Assembly: GCA_963841015.1 (NCBI GenBank)
Contig: CAWJAX010000002.1
Location: forward strand, 256,001 to 320,000
Reading direction: 5' to 3'
DNA length: 64,000 nt
DNA from: an uncultured Methanoregulaceae archaeon
GTDB lineage: Archaea; Halobacteriota; Methanomicrobia; Methanomicrobiales; Methanospirillaceae
The position numbers and the translations under genes are program-made. Each line of letters begins with the position of its first letter. Position 1 is the first letter of the stretch. The notes beneath the pieces were generated by a model. The model had not been told where the DNA came from. It saw only the letters and a program-made list of their open reading frames with translations, and did no database searches. Shown here in pieces: positions 39,730-50,530 of this stretch.

Positions 39730-40623
39730 ATGGAACCGGTACGGAAACGTGTCAGAACTCTTGAAATTAATGCCGGAAAGGAGCGGTATATTCTCATCCT
39801 GGATTCTGAAGATTTTTCTGCGCTCTATCCCGGGATGATAAGGTATACCCTGACCGCTAATGACGGGGAGCGGATAATTTCTGTATTCCGCACCAATTCC
39901 TTTGAATATTCCCCGCTTGTCCCGCTTGCTGCAGAGGCTGTTGCAAATCAAACCGCAGATGAATGGGAACGTGAAATCCGGAACAATCCCCTGGATTTTA
40001 TCCTGAATCACCGCCAGGGGGTACAAAAACGTGAGGCAGCTCTCACCTCGGATCTCGTCGTAATCCAGGGAAGCCCGCGGGCTCTGGGGAATTGCGGTAT
40101 CCTTGCGGGCTGGGCAGTTGATGCAGCGCATGAACTCGGCAGGACGGCTCAGGTCATTTACCCACATGACATGGATATCCGGTGCTGTATCGGGTGCTAC
40201 CAGTGTTATAATACCGGCACCTGTGTCTTTGACGACGATATGGGAAATATCATAGGTGCTATAAGGGAAGCATCGCTCCTCGTTATATGTACTCCGGTCT
40301 ACACCAACACGGTTCCCGGCGGGCTCAAGCTGCTCATTGACCGGTGTCAGGCATACCATGCTGAGCGAATACTGGCAGGAGGCCGGACAGGACAAAAAGG
40401 ATTGATCTTTTCTGTCGCCGGGAGAAAAGGGGAGGAGAATTTTACCTGTGTCACCCAGGTAATTTCGGCGTTTTTAAGAAATCTTGGCATTACACCTGTT
40501 GGGGAGATCCTGATTGACCGTATCGATTCGGTGAGGGATATCCGGACTATCGCCGGTCTTGAAGATGCCGTCAGGAAAAAAGTGAAACACTGCCTGATCA
40601 CGAATAAGCTACCGGAAAAGTAA
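39730..40623 (+). CDS. Iron-sulfur flavoprotein / NADPH-dependent FMN reductase with an extra ~100-aa N-terminal domain
   Basis: It contains GSPR..GNC, CIGCYQCYNTGTC..DD and TPVY...LK..IDR. Confidence 0.86.
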   Translation: MEPVRKRVRTLEINAGKERYILILDSEDFSALYPGMIRYTLTANDGERIISVFRTNSFEYSPLVPLAAEAVANQTADEWEREIRNNPLDFILNHRQGVQKREAALTSDLVVIQGSPRALGNCGILAGWAVDAAHELGRTAQVIYPHDMDIRCCIGCYQCYNTGTCVFDDDMGNIIGAIREASLLVICTPVYTNTVPGGLKLLIDRCQAYHAERILAGGRTGQKGLIFSVAGRKGEENFTCVTQVISAFLRNLGITPVGEILIDRIDSVRDIRTIAGLEDAVRKKVKHCLITNKLPEK

Positions 40624-40625
40624 TC

Positions 40626-40757
40626 TTAAAAGAAATCTGCAATAACACTCCCTGCATCATGCCGTTTGAGATGATGTGCGTCGTTGTTGTATATTCCCTG
40701 GCCATCGGATTTGCACCAGGCAATTATTTTTTTAAATAAGGCTGGTAGTATTTTCAT
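40626..40757 (-). CDS. Possible 43-aa microprotein
   Basis: MKILPALFKKIIAWCKSDGQGIYNNDAHHLKRHDAGSVIADFF fits the gap exactly. The only support is positional. Confidence 0.3.
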   Translation of the reverse strand: MKILPALFKKIIAWCKSDGQGIYNNDAHHLKRHDAGSVIADFF

Positions 40758-40843
40758 CGTAATGATCCGGCTCCTCATGAAAATAATCTGGCGAAAAAAC
40801 TGAATCATGAATCCAATGGAATAGAAAAAAAAGGGAAAAAAGA

Positions 40844-41338
40844 TTAGTTGTATGTCCTGAACGGTACGTAGTCATCGAAGATCTTGACCTTAGTTCCCTG
40901 AGGATCAGTCGCCCATACTTCTGCACGGTCAGCATACCCGGGTGCGGTAGTGCTGGCCAGAGACACAGAATCCCCGACTTTCAGCGGTTTAAGAATATTC
41001 CCGTTCTCCACTATACCGTCAGACCTTGTGACTCTGACATCAACCTGCTGGATAAAATTGAGCCCTTTACCGCCCCGCACCGTAGTGATTATCTGCGGAT
41101 CCGGGGCAAAACCATTGCTCTGGACCTGAACCTCGATGTACCACGCTTCAGGCAGGGTCTGGGTAGGCCCGGGCGTCGAAGAAACTGATGTTGATGAGGC
41201 TTTGGGTGTTGCTGCTGCTGTGGTGGCTGCCGGTGTTGGGGTTGGTGTTACCGGTGCTGCAGGCTGTGTGCACCCGGCTGCCATGGCAAGCACTGCGCAG
41301 AGCACGAGTGCTGATGTAATTACCAGGATCTTATTCAT
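40844..41338 (-). CDS. Hypothetical lipoprotein
   Basis: It has a signal peptide with lipobox AAGC, a Thr/Pro-rich linker and a beta-rich domain. Confidence 0.8.
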   Translation of the reverse strand: MNKILVITSALVLCAVLAMAAGCTQPAAPVTPTPTPAATTAAATPKASSTSVSSTPGPTQTLPEAWYIEVQVQSNGFAPDPQIITTVRGGKGLNFIQQVDVRVTRSDGIVENGNILKPLKVGDSVSLASTTAPGYADRAEVWATDPQGTKVKIFDDYVPFRTYN

Positions 41339-41420
41339 ACCGGATAATTATATGGGCGGGGTATTTGATGCTTGTGTCTTTTTTTTATGCGAGTACAGGA
41401 ATAAAAAAGAGGAACCGGTA

Positions 41421-43020
41421 TTACGCCCGCTTCCCGGATGCCGGCTCGATCCCGGTAGGCTGGTTGCGGATTGTCCGTTCTTTCATGATGGTATAGACTT
41501 CTGTCGCATGCTCACGGGGTACCTCGACAAAGGAATAGGAGTCCAGGATCCGTATCGCACCGATGGCCTTTCCTGGTATCCCTGTCTCACCGGCAATCGC
41601 CCCGACAATGTCTTTTGGTGCTACGTTATGCATCCTGCCCACACCTAAAAAGAACCTGACCATACCGGCTTCTGCTCCTGTGTCAGCGAAATCCATCTCT
41701 TTTAGCTTTTCCGGTGCTTCCTCACTGCCCTGCTCCATCTGCATCTTGAGGAGCGCCGCAGCAATATCAATAGTACCTGAGGTCACCTTCAGTCTCATGC
41801 TCGATGATACGGATGTAAGGCTCCACGCCTCCCGCCTTGATAATCTCACGCACCTTTTCGAGCATCGTGCGGGTACGTGTTTCTGCCACGTCACCCTGCG
41901 TAGGAATTGGCATGCGGGGGATCTGGATTTTTGCGTAATGCTGGATCTCCCGGAGTTTGGTAAAATCCTTGGGTGCGACAAAAGTCACTGCCTTACCGGT
42001 CCTGCCAGCCCTGCCTGTTCTCCCGATACGGTGAACGTAATATTCAACATCCTGAGGAACGTCGTAGTTGATGATCATATCTACATCCTCAACATCGATA
42101 CCCCGGGCAGCCACATCGGTTGCGACCAGGATCTCAATCGAACCTTTCCGGAACCCGCCCATCACCCGGTCACGCTGGGACTGTTTCATATCGCCGTGAA
42201 GCTCTTCAGCCCGGTACCCTCTTGCCTTGATCTTCCCGGCGAGTTCTTCTGCCCTGCGTTTCGTGTTGCAAAAGACAATGGACAGGTGCGGGTCGGCGAT
42301 ATCGATCAGCCGGCAGAGTACATCGAGCTTTTCGCGCTCTTTAACCTCGATATACGATTGTTCTATCTGCGGTACAATCAGATCAGCATACTCAACCTTG
42401 ACAAACTCAGGTTTATTCATGAACCGTTTGGAAATATCAATGATGGGCTGGGGGAGGGTCGCAGAGAAAAGAAGGGTCTGGCGTTTCTGCGGGATCTTTT
42501 TTAAGATCAGTTCAATATCGTCCCGGAATCCCATGTCAAGCATCTGGTCTGCTTCGTCAAGAACAACCGCGGATACTTCATCGAGTGAGAGTGTCCGGCG
42601 CCTGAGATGGTCCATCACCCGTCCCGGGGTGCCAATCACAATATTGACGCCGGTATGAAGCGCCCGCAACTGGCGGTCGATCGGCTGGCCGCCGTATACC
42701 GGAAGCACTGTTATACGCGGGAGATGGGAAAGGAGCTCAGAGAACTCTTCTGCGATCTGGATTGCGAGTTCACGCGTCGGGCAGAGTACAATTGCCTGGA
42801 CTGTTCTGTGGGATGCATCAATCTTCTCAATAATGGGAATGCCAAATGCTGCTGTCTTTCCTGTACCTGTTTGTGCCTGGGCTGTTACGTCACGGCCCGC
42901 CTGAATGAGAGGGATAGCGAGTGCCTGGATGGGTGTGGGCTCTTCAAAGCCCATATCTTCTATTGCTTTACCGATTTCACGTGAGAGGTGAAAATCGGAA
43001 AATTGCATACGAGTATTCAT
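41421..43020 (-). pseudogene. deaD: DEAD-box RNA helicase DeaD/CsdA with C-terminal DbpA RNA-binding domain, +1 frameshift near 41776
   Basis: It contains AQTGTGKT, PTRELA, TPGR, DEAD, SAT, ARGID and HRIGRTGRAG. Removing one base joins DL-S-TIDIAAALL to the DbpA domain (DIVGAIA..IGAIRI..YSFVEV). Confidence 0.9.
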
Positions 43021-43152
43021 ATCGCAACACCATTTGCTGTGAGGGTTCTTAAGATGGTGCTTTCAGACAGGTCTTCTATTACCTGAAAAGGGGTACCCTG
43101 CGGTTTTTTTATCTGTTCATGAGAGAATGGATTAGTAAAAAGGTGAAGAGAA

Positions 43153-43728
43153 ATGAAGGTTGTTGCATTCAATGGAAGTGCACGCAAAGATGGCAATACG
43201 GCGATTCTTGTCAATGCAGTGTTCGGGGAACTGAAAAAAGCTGGGATAGCAACCGAGCTCGTCCAGCTTGCAGGAAAGAAGATCCGGGGCTGTACTGCGT
43301 GTGGAAAATGCTTTGAGAAGCAGAATAACCGGTGCGCGGTCAAAGGCGATATTGTCAACGATTGTATCGAAAAGATGCTGGATGCTGACGGGATTATCCT
43401 TGCATCGCCGACATATTTTGCGGATGTTTCCTCGGAAATGAAAGCCCTGATAGACCGGGCAGGATTTGTGGCCAAGGCAAACCAGGATATGTTCAGGCGA
43501 AAAACGGGTGCTGCCGTTGTCGCTGTGAGAAGGGGTGGTGCAATTCATGCATTTGACACCATCAATCACTTTTTTTTCATAAACCAGATGGTGGTTCCAG
43601 GTTCGTCCTACTGGAACATCGGAATCGGGCTTGCGCCGGGTGATGTGAATGGTGACGACGAAGGAATTATGACGATGAAGACCCTGGGTGCCAATATGGC
43701 ATGGCTGATGAAAAAAATCCAGGAATAG
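43153..43728 (+). CDS. Iron-sulfur flavoprotein (flavodoxin family)
   Basis: It contains NGSARKDGNT, CTACGKC..RC, SPTYF, KALIDR and RRGG. Confidence 0.92.
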   Translation: MKVVAFNGSARKDGNTAILVNAVFGELKKAGIATELVQLAGKKIRGCTACGKCFEKQNNRCAVKGDIVNDCIEKMLDADGIILASPTYFADVSSEMKALIDRAGFVAKANQDMFRRKTGAAVVAVRRGGAIHAFDTINHFFFINQMVVPGSSYWNIGIGLAPGDVNGDDEGIMTMKTLGANMAWLMKKIQE

Positions 43729-43737
43729 TAACTTTTT

Positions 43738-44481
43738 TCAGATTTCAATAGTCAGGTCATCGGTTGCTACAACCAGACCGGGGTATTCTTTCCCGAATTG
43801 TTTTTGTATATCACGTCGATCATCAAGAGTCCTGTACACTTCTGCGCCAAAATGCATGAGTGCAAGACGCTTCGCGTGTGCTTCTCTTGCAATATATATT
43901 GCATTTTCAGGATTGAGATGTGGCCAGCCGGGGCTTTCCTGCCCCGGTTTCAATCCACATTCAGTAATGAGAAGATCCGCATTACGGGCAAGCGTGACAG
44001 CATTCACACAGACCCCCGTATCGGTGCAGTAGGTGATTACCTTGCCGTCAAGATTCAACCTGTACCCATAGCAGGGTGCCGGGTGTACGAGCGGGAGGCA
44101 TTCAACCGGGAACGGGAGGGTATGCTTCCCCTCTTCAAGTTCCGCAATACTGACAGGATACGGAAGTTGTGCGAACGGGACCGTAAAAGGCTCTGCAACA
44201 AACGTATTCAGGATGGCGGCAGTCCCCACCTGCCCGAAGATCTTCAAACCCTTCGGGAATCTGAATTTGACCAGCGTGTGGAGTCCCGTAATATGGTCGA
44301 TATGAAAATGGCTGATGAACAGGTATGCCGGCTTGTCCTGGGTTATATAGTGATCTGCTTTTGCGATACCATTGCCGGCATCAAGGATGATGTCATACTC
44401 TTCTGCCTGAATCAGGACCGAGCAGGTATTGCCAGTCACCGTATCATACCAGCCGTTCGTCCCCAGGAACGTGACCTTCAT
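43738..44481 (-). CDS. MBL-fold metallo-hydrolase (RNase Z-like)
   Basis: It contains MKVTFLGT, LDAGNG, SHFHIDH, TDT and LITEC...H...MH. Confidence 0.9.
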   Translation of the reverse strand: MKVTFLGTNGWYDTVTGNTCSVLIQAEEYDIILDAGNGIAKADHYITQDKPAYLFISHFHIDHITGLHTLVKFRFPKGLKIFGQVGTAAILNTFVAEPFTVPFAQLPYPVSIAELEEGKHTLPFPVECLPLVHPAPCYGYRLNLDGKVITYCTDTGVCVNAVTLARNADLLITECGLKPGQESPGWPHLNPENAIYIAREAHAKRLALMHFGAEVYRTLDDRRDIQKQFGKEYPGLVVATDDLTIEI

Positions 44482-44593
44482 GATTACCGGGTTGTCGTTT
44501 TCAGGGCAAAAATGTTCAGGTACGTGGGGTCCTCTTTTCAACCTCCCCTTTTAAGAAAGTCGTTATATGATTTTGAACAGAGAATATACGATT

Positions 44594-45489
44594 ATGAAAC
44601 AAACAGGCGTTATTACTATTATTGTAGTGCTGCTTCTCTGCGGTTTCGTTTTACCTGCCGGAGCAGTCATGCTGGAGGTAACGGTTAAAGGACCGGTAGC
44701 GACTATCAACCCGGATAAGAATACCCTGACGGTTGACTACCCGCTCCAGTATGAATGCAATTACCCGGTGAACGAAGCACCGGTCTGTTCCTATACGCCC
44801 ACCAACAAGACCGGACTTACCGGCACAGTACCGGACGCACTGCATTCACCGTCTTTAAAAACGGCGATCCAATTATCGCGACCAACCTTGGGGGTCAAGG
44901 AGAGACGTGGATTACGCTGGCAAAGTTATATGGCTCACGGCCAAACGAGGAGCTGGTAACCGATATTATTGGCGATATACGCACAATCCCGACCCCGCTC
45001 ATCGGCAATTATTCTCTGGATGCAACAACGGTCCCTGACTGTTCGGCATGTACTGGCACCACATGCACGGCCAGATCAGCCATAATCATGGTAAAGAGCG
45101 ATGGATACGGAGTCCTGGCACGGACACTCATGCCGGGGGAATCGTTTACCTATAGTGGAAGGAACGACGGCTCGGGTGTGACCGTCACATTCGTCAAAGG
45201 AGAGGCATCATCCACAATCTGTCCGGGGAAATCTGGTAGCACCGGGCCTCAGGCAATTTCTGTGTATATCGTCAAAATAGTGCCACCAATCAGTGCAGCC
45301 CAGACAAATATCCGGACCGCAACAACAACCCGGCCTGACGAAGCGCTGACACCGCAGCAATCACTGTCAGCGACATCCAGGACACCTGTTGCGGGACCGG
45401 CAACAACAACCAGGGCCGGCATGGTGCCCCTGGCGGTGATCGGGGCGATAGGGTTAGCAGGGCTTGCTCTTATGATGAAACGGAAATAA
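44594..45489 (+). pseudogene. Secreted Cys-containing surface protein with C-terminal TM anchor, -1 frameshift near 44838
   Basis: The signal peptide is in ORF 44594-44959, and the continuation with a Thr-rich linker and TM-basic tail (TTTRAGMVPLAVIGAIG..KRK) is in ORF 44755-45489. Confidence 0.7.
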
Positions 45490-45676
45490 ATCTTTTTTCT
45501 GACACTCTGCCTGCCAGGTGACGCGATCTGGACTCTCTCATCCATCTCCCATTGACAGCTCTGGACAAACAGGCATGAATCGATTCGTTTCAGAGCCCAT
45601 TCACCGGTCTTTAAATAACTGCAACCTTCTAAATAGATCGGCTTTAAAATCCCAATGTATACAAAACGGTGTGAGT

Positions 45677-46516
45677 ATGGTTCGTGTTGGTGTCCATGTT
45701 TCAATCGCAGGCTCACTGGATTTCGCTGTCGATCGCGCAAAAGAAACCGGGTGTGACGTGTTCCAGATGTTCTCCCGCAACCCCCGGGGCTGGGGATACA
45801 AACCGTTGTCGGACCATGATTGCGATACTTACAAGGAGAAGATCCGGGCCACCGGAATAATTCCCGTTGACCATATGCCCTATCTTCCGAACCTGGCCTC
45901 CCCAAAACCAGATATTTACGAAAAATCTATCGCAGCCCTCACTGCTGAACTTGACCGGTGTGGTCGGCTTGGTATCCCGTATCTCATTACCCACCTCGGA
46001 CATCACCTTGGTGACGGGATTGCCGGAGGAAGGGCACGGGTCATCACTGCGATTAATACGGCTCTTGGTGAATCTGACTCTACGGTAATGCTGCTTCTTG
46101 AAAATACGGCAGGAGAGAAGAACAGTGTCGGCAGCAGTTTCGAGCACATCCGCGGAATCCTGGAAGGGATTGAAAATCACACCCGGACTGGTGTCTGTTT
46201 TGATACCTGTCACGCATTTGCAGCGGGATATGAGCTGAGGACAGAAACAGGCCTTGCAGAAACACTTGCAGAGTTCGATGATCACATTGGTATCCGAAAT
46301 CTCAAAATCATCCACCTGAATGATACGAAAGGTGACCGGGGAAGCGGACTTGACAGGCACGAGCACATAGGAATGGGATTCATCGGTGAAAACGGGTTCC
46401 GGAACATTCTTCGCCATCCTGTTCTTTCAGCCCTCCCGCTGATTTGTGAAACCCCGGTAGATGAACGACGGGATGATGTGGGCAATATTGCTAAAGTGCG
46501 TGAGCTGGCAGGATAA
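45677..46516 (+). CDS. nfo: Endonuclease IV
   Basis: It contains GVHVSIAG, HMPYLPNL, LLENTAG, CFDTCHAFAAGY, HLND, DRHEHIG and ICETP. Confidence 0.96.
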   Translation: MVRVGVHVSIAGSLDFAVDRAKETGCDVFQMFSRNPRGWGYKPLSDHDCDTYKEKIRATGIIPVDHMPYLPNLASPKPDIYEKSIAALTAELDRCGRLGIPYLITHLGHHLGDGIAGGRARVITAINTALGESDSTVMLLLENTAGEKNSVGSSFEHIRGILEGIENHTRTGVCFDTCHAFAAGYELRTETGLAETLAEFDDHIGIRNLKIIHLNDTKGDRGSGLDRHEHIGMGFIGENGFRNILRHPVLSALPLICETPVDERRDDVGNIAKVRELAG

Positions 46517-46808
46517 CGTATCCGGGATTTGTTTCTTCAAGAATGACTTGACCAGTTCAAATACAAAATCCCCACATATCCTAAACGGATTGGGGGTCTG
46601 GAGAAACGGACATGAATCTGTCACATTTTTACGGATCCGTACGTTATAACCGCAATACACGCAGGGTAGGGAAACTGGTATCGGCCCCTGCTTCATTGTA
46701 CGATGCTTTGTATTTCCTGTTTTTTTAAAAAGGAAATTTACAGAGCCAAAAACAGTTTCCTCATTTTTTCCGTGCTCTTATTATCTTTCACAAACAATAG
46801 ATCCGGCA

Positions 46809-47819
46809 GTGAAGGCAATATTTGACGGCACTGTAGTTCGTATGGGGAAAGAGGGGAGGGTACTCTATGAACAAAGCGGCTATGGACGGCTCGATCAGGA
46901 CGGAGTGAAACTGACAAACCAGGAGGCCCTCTATCTTCTCCACCGGCAGAAGATCGATGTGCCCGGGTACACGTTCAACACCCTGGCTTCCAGGTTTGCC
47001 GATCAACCTGATTTCCTGCGAAGTTTTCTGGTGTATCGGGATATGCGGGAACGGGGATATGTTGTGCAGGCCGGACCGCACGATTTCCGGGTGTTCAAAC
47101 GCGGTGAAAAACCCGGTACAGGGGAGTCGCTCTATCTTGTCCGAGTCCTTTCCGAACGCGATCCGATCCGGTTTGTAAAACTCATTGAAGAGGTTGTTGC
47201 CTCAAGAAACATGCGCAAGCAATATGTACTCGCTGTTGTCGATGACGAAGATGAGCTGACCTATTACGAGATTAAACTCCAGAAACTGGTTGAACCCGGA
47301 AATTATTTGCCTGATGTATCCTCTCAGGAAGCATTCCTTGTGGGAAAATCCGCAATGGTGATGGTGCCGGCCCATTCAGATCTCGAAAAGTCAGGATTTG
47401 GTAAACGGTTTGACGCTGAACGTCTGATGCTCGCTCCTGTTGAACTGCTGTATCTGATGGGGATAGGAAAAATTGTCCTCAAAAGTGGGAATAACCTTGT
47501 CAGGACTGGTGAGTATTTTGCACTCGCCAGTGAGACTGATGGAGAACTTGCCGAGAAAGATAAGGTATATACTGAACTCAGAGGGCACAATTTCACTCCA
47601 CGGACGGGCTACAAGTTTGGTCATCATTTCCGGGTCTATTGTGGGAAAAATGTTCATTCAGACATGCTGGTTCACGCAGTTGAAAAAGAGGCGTCTCTTC
47701 CCATGAGCGTGATCTCGCGATCAGTCCGGATGGCACACAGTGTCAAAAAGAAGATGTTGTTTGGCGCTGTACATACTACCGGAATTCAGTTCGTCGAATT
47801 TGCACGAATCAAACTATGA
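46809..47819 (+). CDS. endA: tRNA-splicing endonuclease (homodimeric alpha2 type)
   Basis: It has two tandem endonuclease repeats and the catalytic segment RTGYKFGHHFRVY...HS...VRMAHSVKK. Confidence 0.94.
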   Translation: MKAIFDGTVVRMGKEGRVLYEQSGYGRLDQDGVKLTNQEALYLLHRQKIDVPGYTFNTLASRFADQPDFLRSFLVYRDMRERGYVVQAGPHDFRVFKRGEKPGTGESLYLVRVLSERDPIRFVKLIEEVVASRNMRKQYVLAVVDDEDELTYYEIKLQKLVEPGNYLPDVSSQEAFLVGKSAMVMVPAHSDLEKSGFGKRFDAERLMLAPVELLYLMGIGKIVLKSGNNLVRTGEYFALASETDGELAEKDKVYTELRGHNFTPRTGYKFGHHFRVYCGKNVHSDMLVHAVEKEASLPMSVISRSVRMAHSVKKKMLFGAVHTTGIQFVEFARIKL

Positions 47820-47828
47820 GCGTTCACC

Positions 47829-49085
47829 ATGCAGGAACCCCAGATTAATCCCTGGTCAAGCAACCAGACCGTTGATGTTGAGAAATTATTCTCCGATTTT
47901 GGCATCGAGCCCATCGCCCCGATAACCCCTGAACTCCCCAGCGTCCCGTATTTTATGCGGAGAGGTATCGTAGTGGGGCACCGCGACTATCGCCCTATCG
48001 CCAGTGCTATACGCAACCGCACGCCCTTTCACATCCTTACCGGGTTCATGCCGAGTGGCCACCCGCATCTCGGCCACCTGATGGTCATGAAGGAGGTGGT
48101 ATGGCATGTGCAGCAGGGCGGTAATGGCTACGTTACCATTGCCGACCGTGAGGCACATGCAGTACGGGACATGTCATGGGAAAAGTGCAGTGAGTACGGG
48201 AAAGAGTACCTTGCCTGCCTTTATGCTCTCGGCTTTGAGGGACAGACCTATTTCCAGAGTAAAAATGAACGGCTGAAAGATCTCGCCTTTGAAGCCGCAA
48301 CCAAAGTAAATTTCTCCGAGCTGGCGGCAATTTATGGTTTTTCACCCGAGACGGATCTCGCCCATGCCGACAGTGTGATCACGCAGGTTGCAGATATCCT
48401 GTTCCCCCAGATCGATCGCGAACCGGCCCCGACGGTTGTCCCTGTTGGTATTGATCAGGACCCGCACATACGGCTTACCCGGGGTGTCGCCCACAAACTC
48501 CGCATGTTTACCGTAGAAGAGAGGCATGACTGCATAAGCGTCCGATCAAAGAACGCACCTGGGAAAGCGCTTGACGCGGTAAAAGCAGCATTCCCGCATG
48601 CAAAGAAGTACGAGGGACATGTAGATATCAAAGACGCACAATGCTCCGATGTCAGTGCAAAGGTCCGCCAGATAGAACGTGCGCATGGGGGTTTTGCCTT
48701 CTACACCCCTTCGTCCACCTACCATATTTTCATGCCGGGACTTACCGGTGGTAAGATGTCCAGCAGTATTCCCGAAAGCATCATATCGTTTTATGAGTCT
48801 GAAGCGACGGTAAGAAAGAAAGTGATGGCGGGTATTACCGGCGGAAGGATGACGCTTGAGGAACAGAAGCGTTATGGTGGGGAACCCGACCGGTGTTCCC
48901 TGTACCTGCTCAACCTTTTCCATATGGTAACTGATGATGCGGAGCTTGCTGAGATACGGAGAAAATGTGTTTCTGGTGAGATGATGTGCGGCACCTGCAA
49001 GAAGGAGACAGCTGAACGTGTGGTTGCGTTCCTGAAAGACTTCAAGGATAAAATGGACGCAGCGGCGGATAAGATCGAGGTGTAA
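47829..49085 (+). CDS. trpS: Tryptophan--tRNA ligase
   Basis: It contains TGFMPSGHPHLGH, PVGIDQDPH and KMSSS. Confidence 0.96.
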   Translation: MQEPQINPWSSNQTVDVEKLFSDFGIEPIAPITPELPSVPYFMRRGIVVGHRDYRPIASAIRNRTPFHILTGFMPSGHPHLGHLMVMKEVVWHVQQGGNGYVTIADREAHAVRDMSWEKCSEYGKEYLACLYALGFEGQTYFQSKNERLKDLAFEAATKVNFSELAAIYGFSPETDLAHADSVITQVADILFPQIDREPAPTVVPVGIDQDPHIRLTRGVAHKLRMFTVEERHDCISVRSKNAPGKALDAVKAAFPHAKKYEGHVDIKDAQCSDVSAKVRQIERAHGGFAFYTPSSTYHIFMPGLTGGKMSSSIPESIISFYESEATVRKKVMAGITGGRMTLEEQKRYGGEPDRCSLYLLNLFHMVTDDAELAEIRRKCVSGEMMCGTCKKETAERVVAFLKDFKDKMDAAADKIEV

Positions 49086-49086
49086 G

Positions 49087-50529
49087 ATGGCGGAACTGAC
49101 ACAGAATGAGAAACGGTTGCTGGGAACGTTAGAGAAAGAGAAGAAGGCGGATGCTACGCATCTTGCCGGGCTTCTTGAGGCAACCCCGGAGGCAGTCGTG
49201 CAGTGGGCCCACCTGGCACAGGATAAGGGGCTGGTAAAAGTCGAACGGATCGTTGTGAAGGAATTTATCCCGACCGAAGAAGGAGAGCAGTACCGAAAGT
49301 CCAACCTGCCAGAAACTCAATTATTCTCAATATTACCTCCTAGCACTCAACTTTCAGATCTCCAAAAACATCCCGCCTTTAAAATTGGATTTGGCCAGTT
49401 ACGAAAGAAAGGGCTCATTCACGTCGATGGTTCCACGGTAATAAAAGATCAAAACAAGTCAACAAGCGCTGAGGAAGCTGCATTGCGAAATCCCCAGGCC
49501 GGTGAACCGTACACTAAAGAACTTGTCAAGCGTGGGATCCTGCAGGAATGCGAGACCGTGCGGTACGTCATTACCATCACTCCTGAAGGTCTCATGGTCG
49601 CCGCAAAAGGTCTCGACTTCCGCGAAGAGACCGGCACACTTACCCGCGAACAGATCCTCTCGGGTAGCTGGAAGACCGCGAACCTCCGCAGGTATGACGT
49701 AACCAAGCTCCCAAAGAAGGTATACCCCGGAAAGGTCCACCCCTACCAGCGGATCATTGCCGAAATGCGGGAGATCCTCCTCGAGATGGGTTTTGAGGAA
49801 CTCTACGGTGACATTGTCCAGCAGTGCTACTGGAATTTCGACGCCCTCTTCCAGCCACAGGACCACCCGGCCCGCGAGATGCAGGATACTTTCTACCTCA
49901 AAGAGACCATCCCGCTTCCAAAGGGCTACGAAAAAGTGAAGGCCATGCACATCTCCGGTGGGGATACGTCTTCGACCGGCTGGGGTGGGGTATGGAGGGA
50001 GGAGAAGGCCGAGCAGTGCGTGCTCCGTACCCACACCACGAGCCTTTCTATCCAGCACCTTGCAATGAACAGGAATCCGCCCGTAAAAGCGTTCGCGGTC
50101 GGCAGGGTATACCGGCGCGAGACTATTGACACCACTCACCTTGCAGAGTTCGAGCAGCTCGAGGGGATCGTGATGGATGAGGGTGTCACGTTCGGGAACC
50201 TGCTCGGGATCCTCCGCGAGTTCTACAACCGCATGGGCTTCGAGAGTGTTCGGTTCAAGCCCTCGTATTACCCCTACACCGAGCCGAGCCTTGATGCGGA
50301 AGTGTACATTGACGGGATCGGCTGGATTGAGATGGGCGGCGCAGGCGTCTTCCGTGAGGAGGTTACCGCACCGATCGGCATCGATTTCCCCGTCCTCGCA
50401 TGGGGCCTCGGCGTGAGCCGGATCGCGATGCTCCGCCTCGGTCTCAAGGACCTCAGGCTCCTGCACAAGAGTGATGTGGCGTTTCTCCGCGAGACCCCTT
50501 CGCTGCGGAAGTTACATGGAGGGATCTGA
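49087..50529 (+). CDS. pheS: Phenylalanine--tRNA ligase alpha subunit
   Basis: It contains [41 protein letters not shown] and AWGLG. Confidence 0.97.
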   Translation: MAELTQNEKRLLGTLEKEKKADATHLAGLLEATPEAVVQWAHLAQDKGLVKVERIVVKEFIPTEEGEQYRKSNLPETQLFSILPPSTQLSDLQKHPAFKIGFGQLRKKGLIHVDGSTVIKDQNKSTSAEEAALRNPQAGEPYTKELVKRGILQECETVRYVITITPEGLMVAAKGLDFREETGTLTREQILSGSWKTANLRRYDVTKLPKKVYPGKVHPYQRIIAEMREILLEMGFEELYGDIVQQCYWNFDALFQPQDHPAREMQDTFYLKETIPLPKGYEKVKAMHISGGDTSSTGWGGVWREEKAEQCVLRTHTTSLSIQHLAMNRNPPVKAFAVGRVYRRETIDTTHLAEFEQLEGIVMDEGVTFGNLLGILREFYNRMGFESVRFKPSYYPYTEPSLDAEVYIDGIGWIEMGGAGVFREEVTAPIGIDFPVLAWGLGVSRIAMLRLGLKDLRLLHKSDVAFLRETPSLRKLHGGI

Positions 50530-50530
50530 C

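Noticed and set aside
43027-43060. Stem ACACCAT/ATGGTGC that would mask the deaD ribosome-binding site (RNA thermometer)
   Set aside because: A TATA-like CTTAAGA sits inside the loop about 30 nt from the ATG, so the 5' arm is probably not transcribed.
46427-46696. 89-aa CxxC ORF on the minus strand
   Set aside because: It overlaps the 3' end of nfo by 90 nt and no family was recognised, so it cannot be supported.
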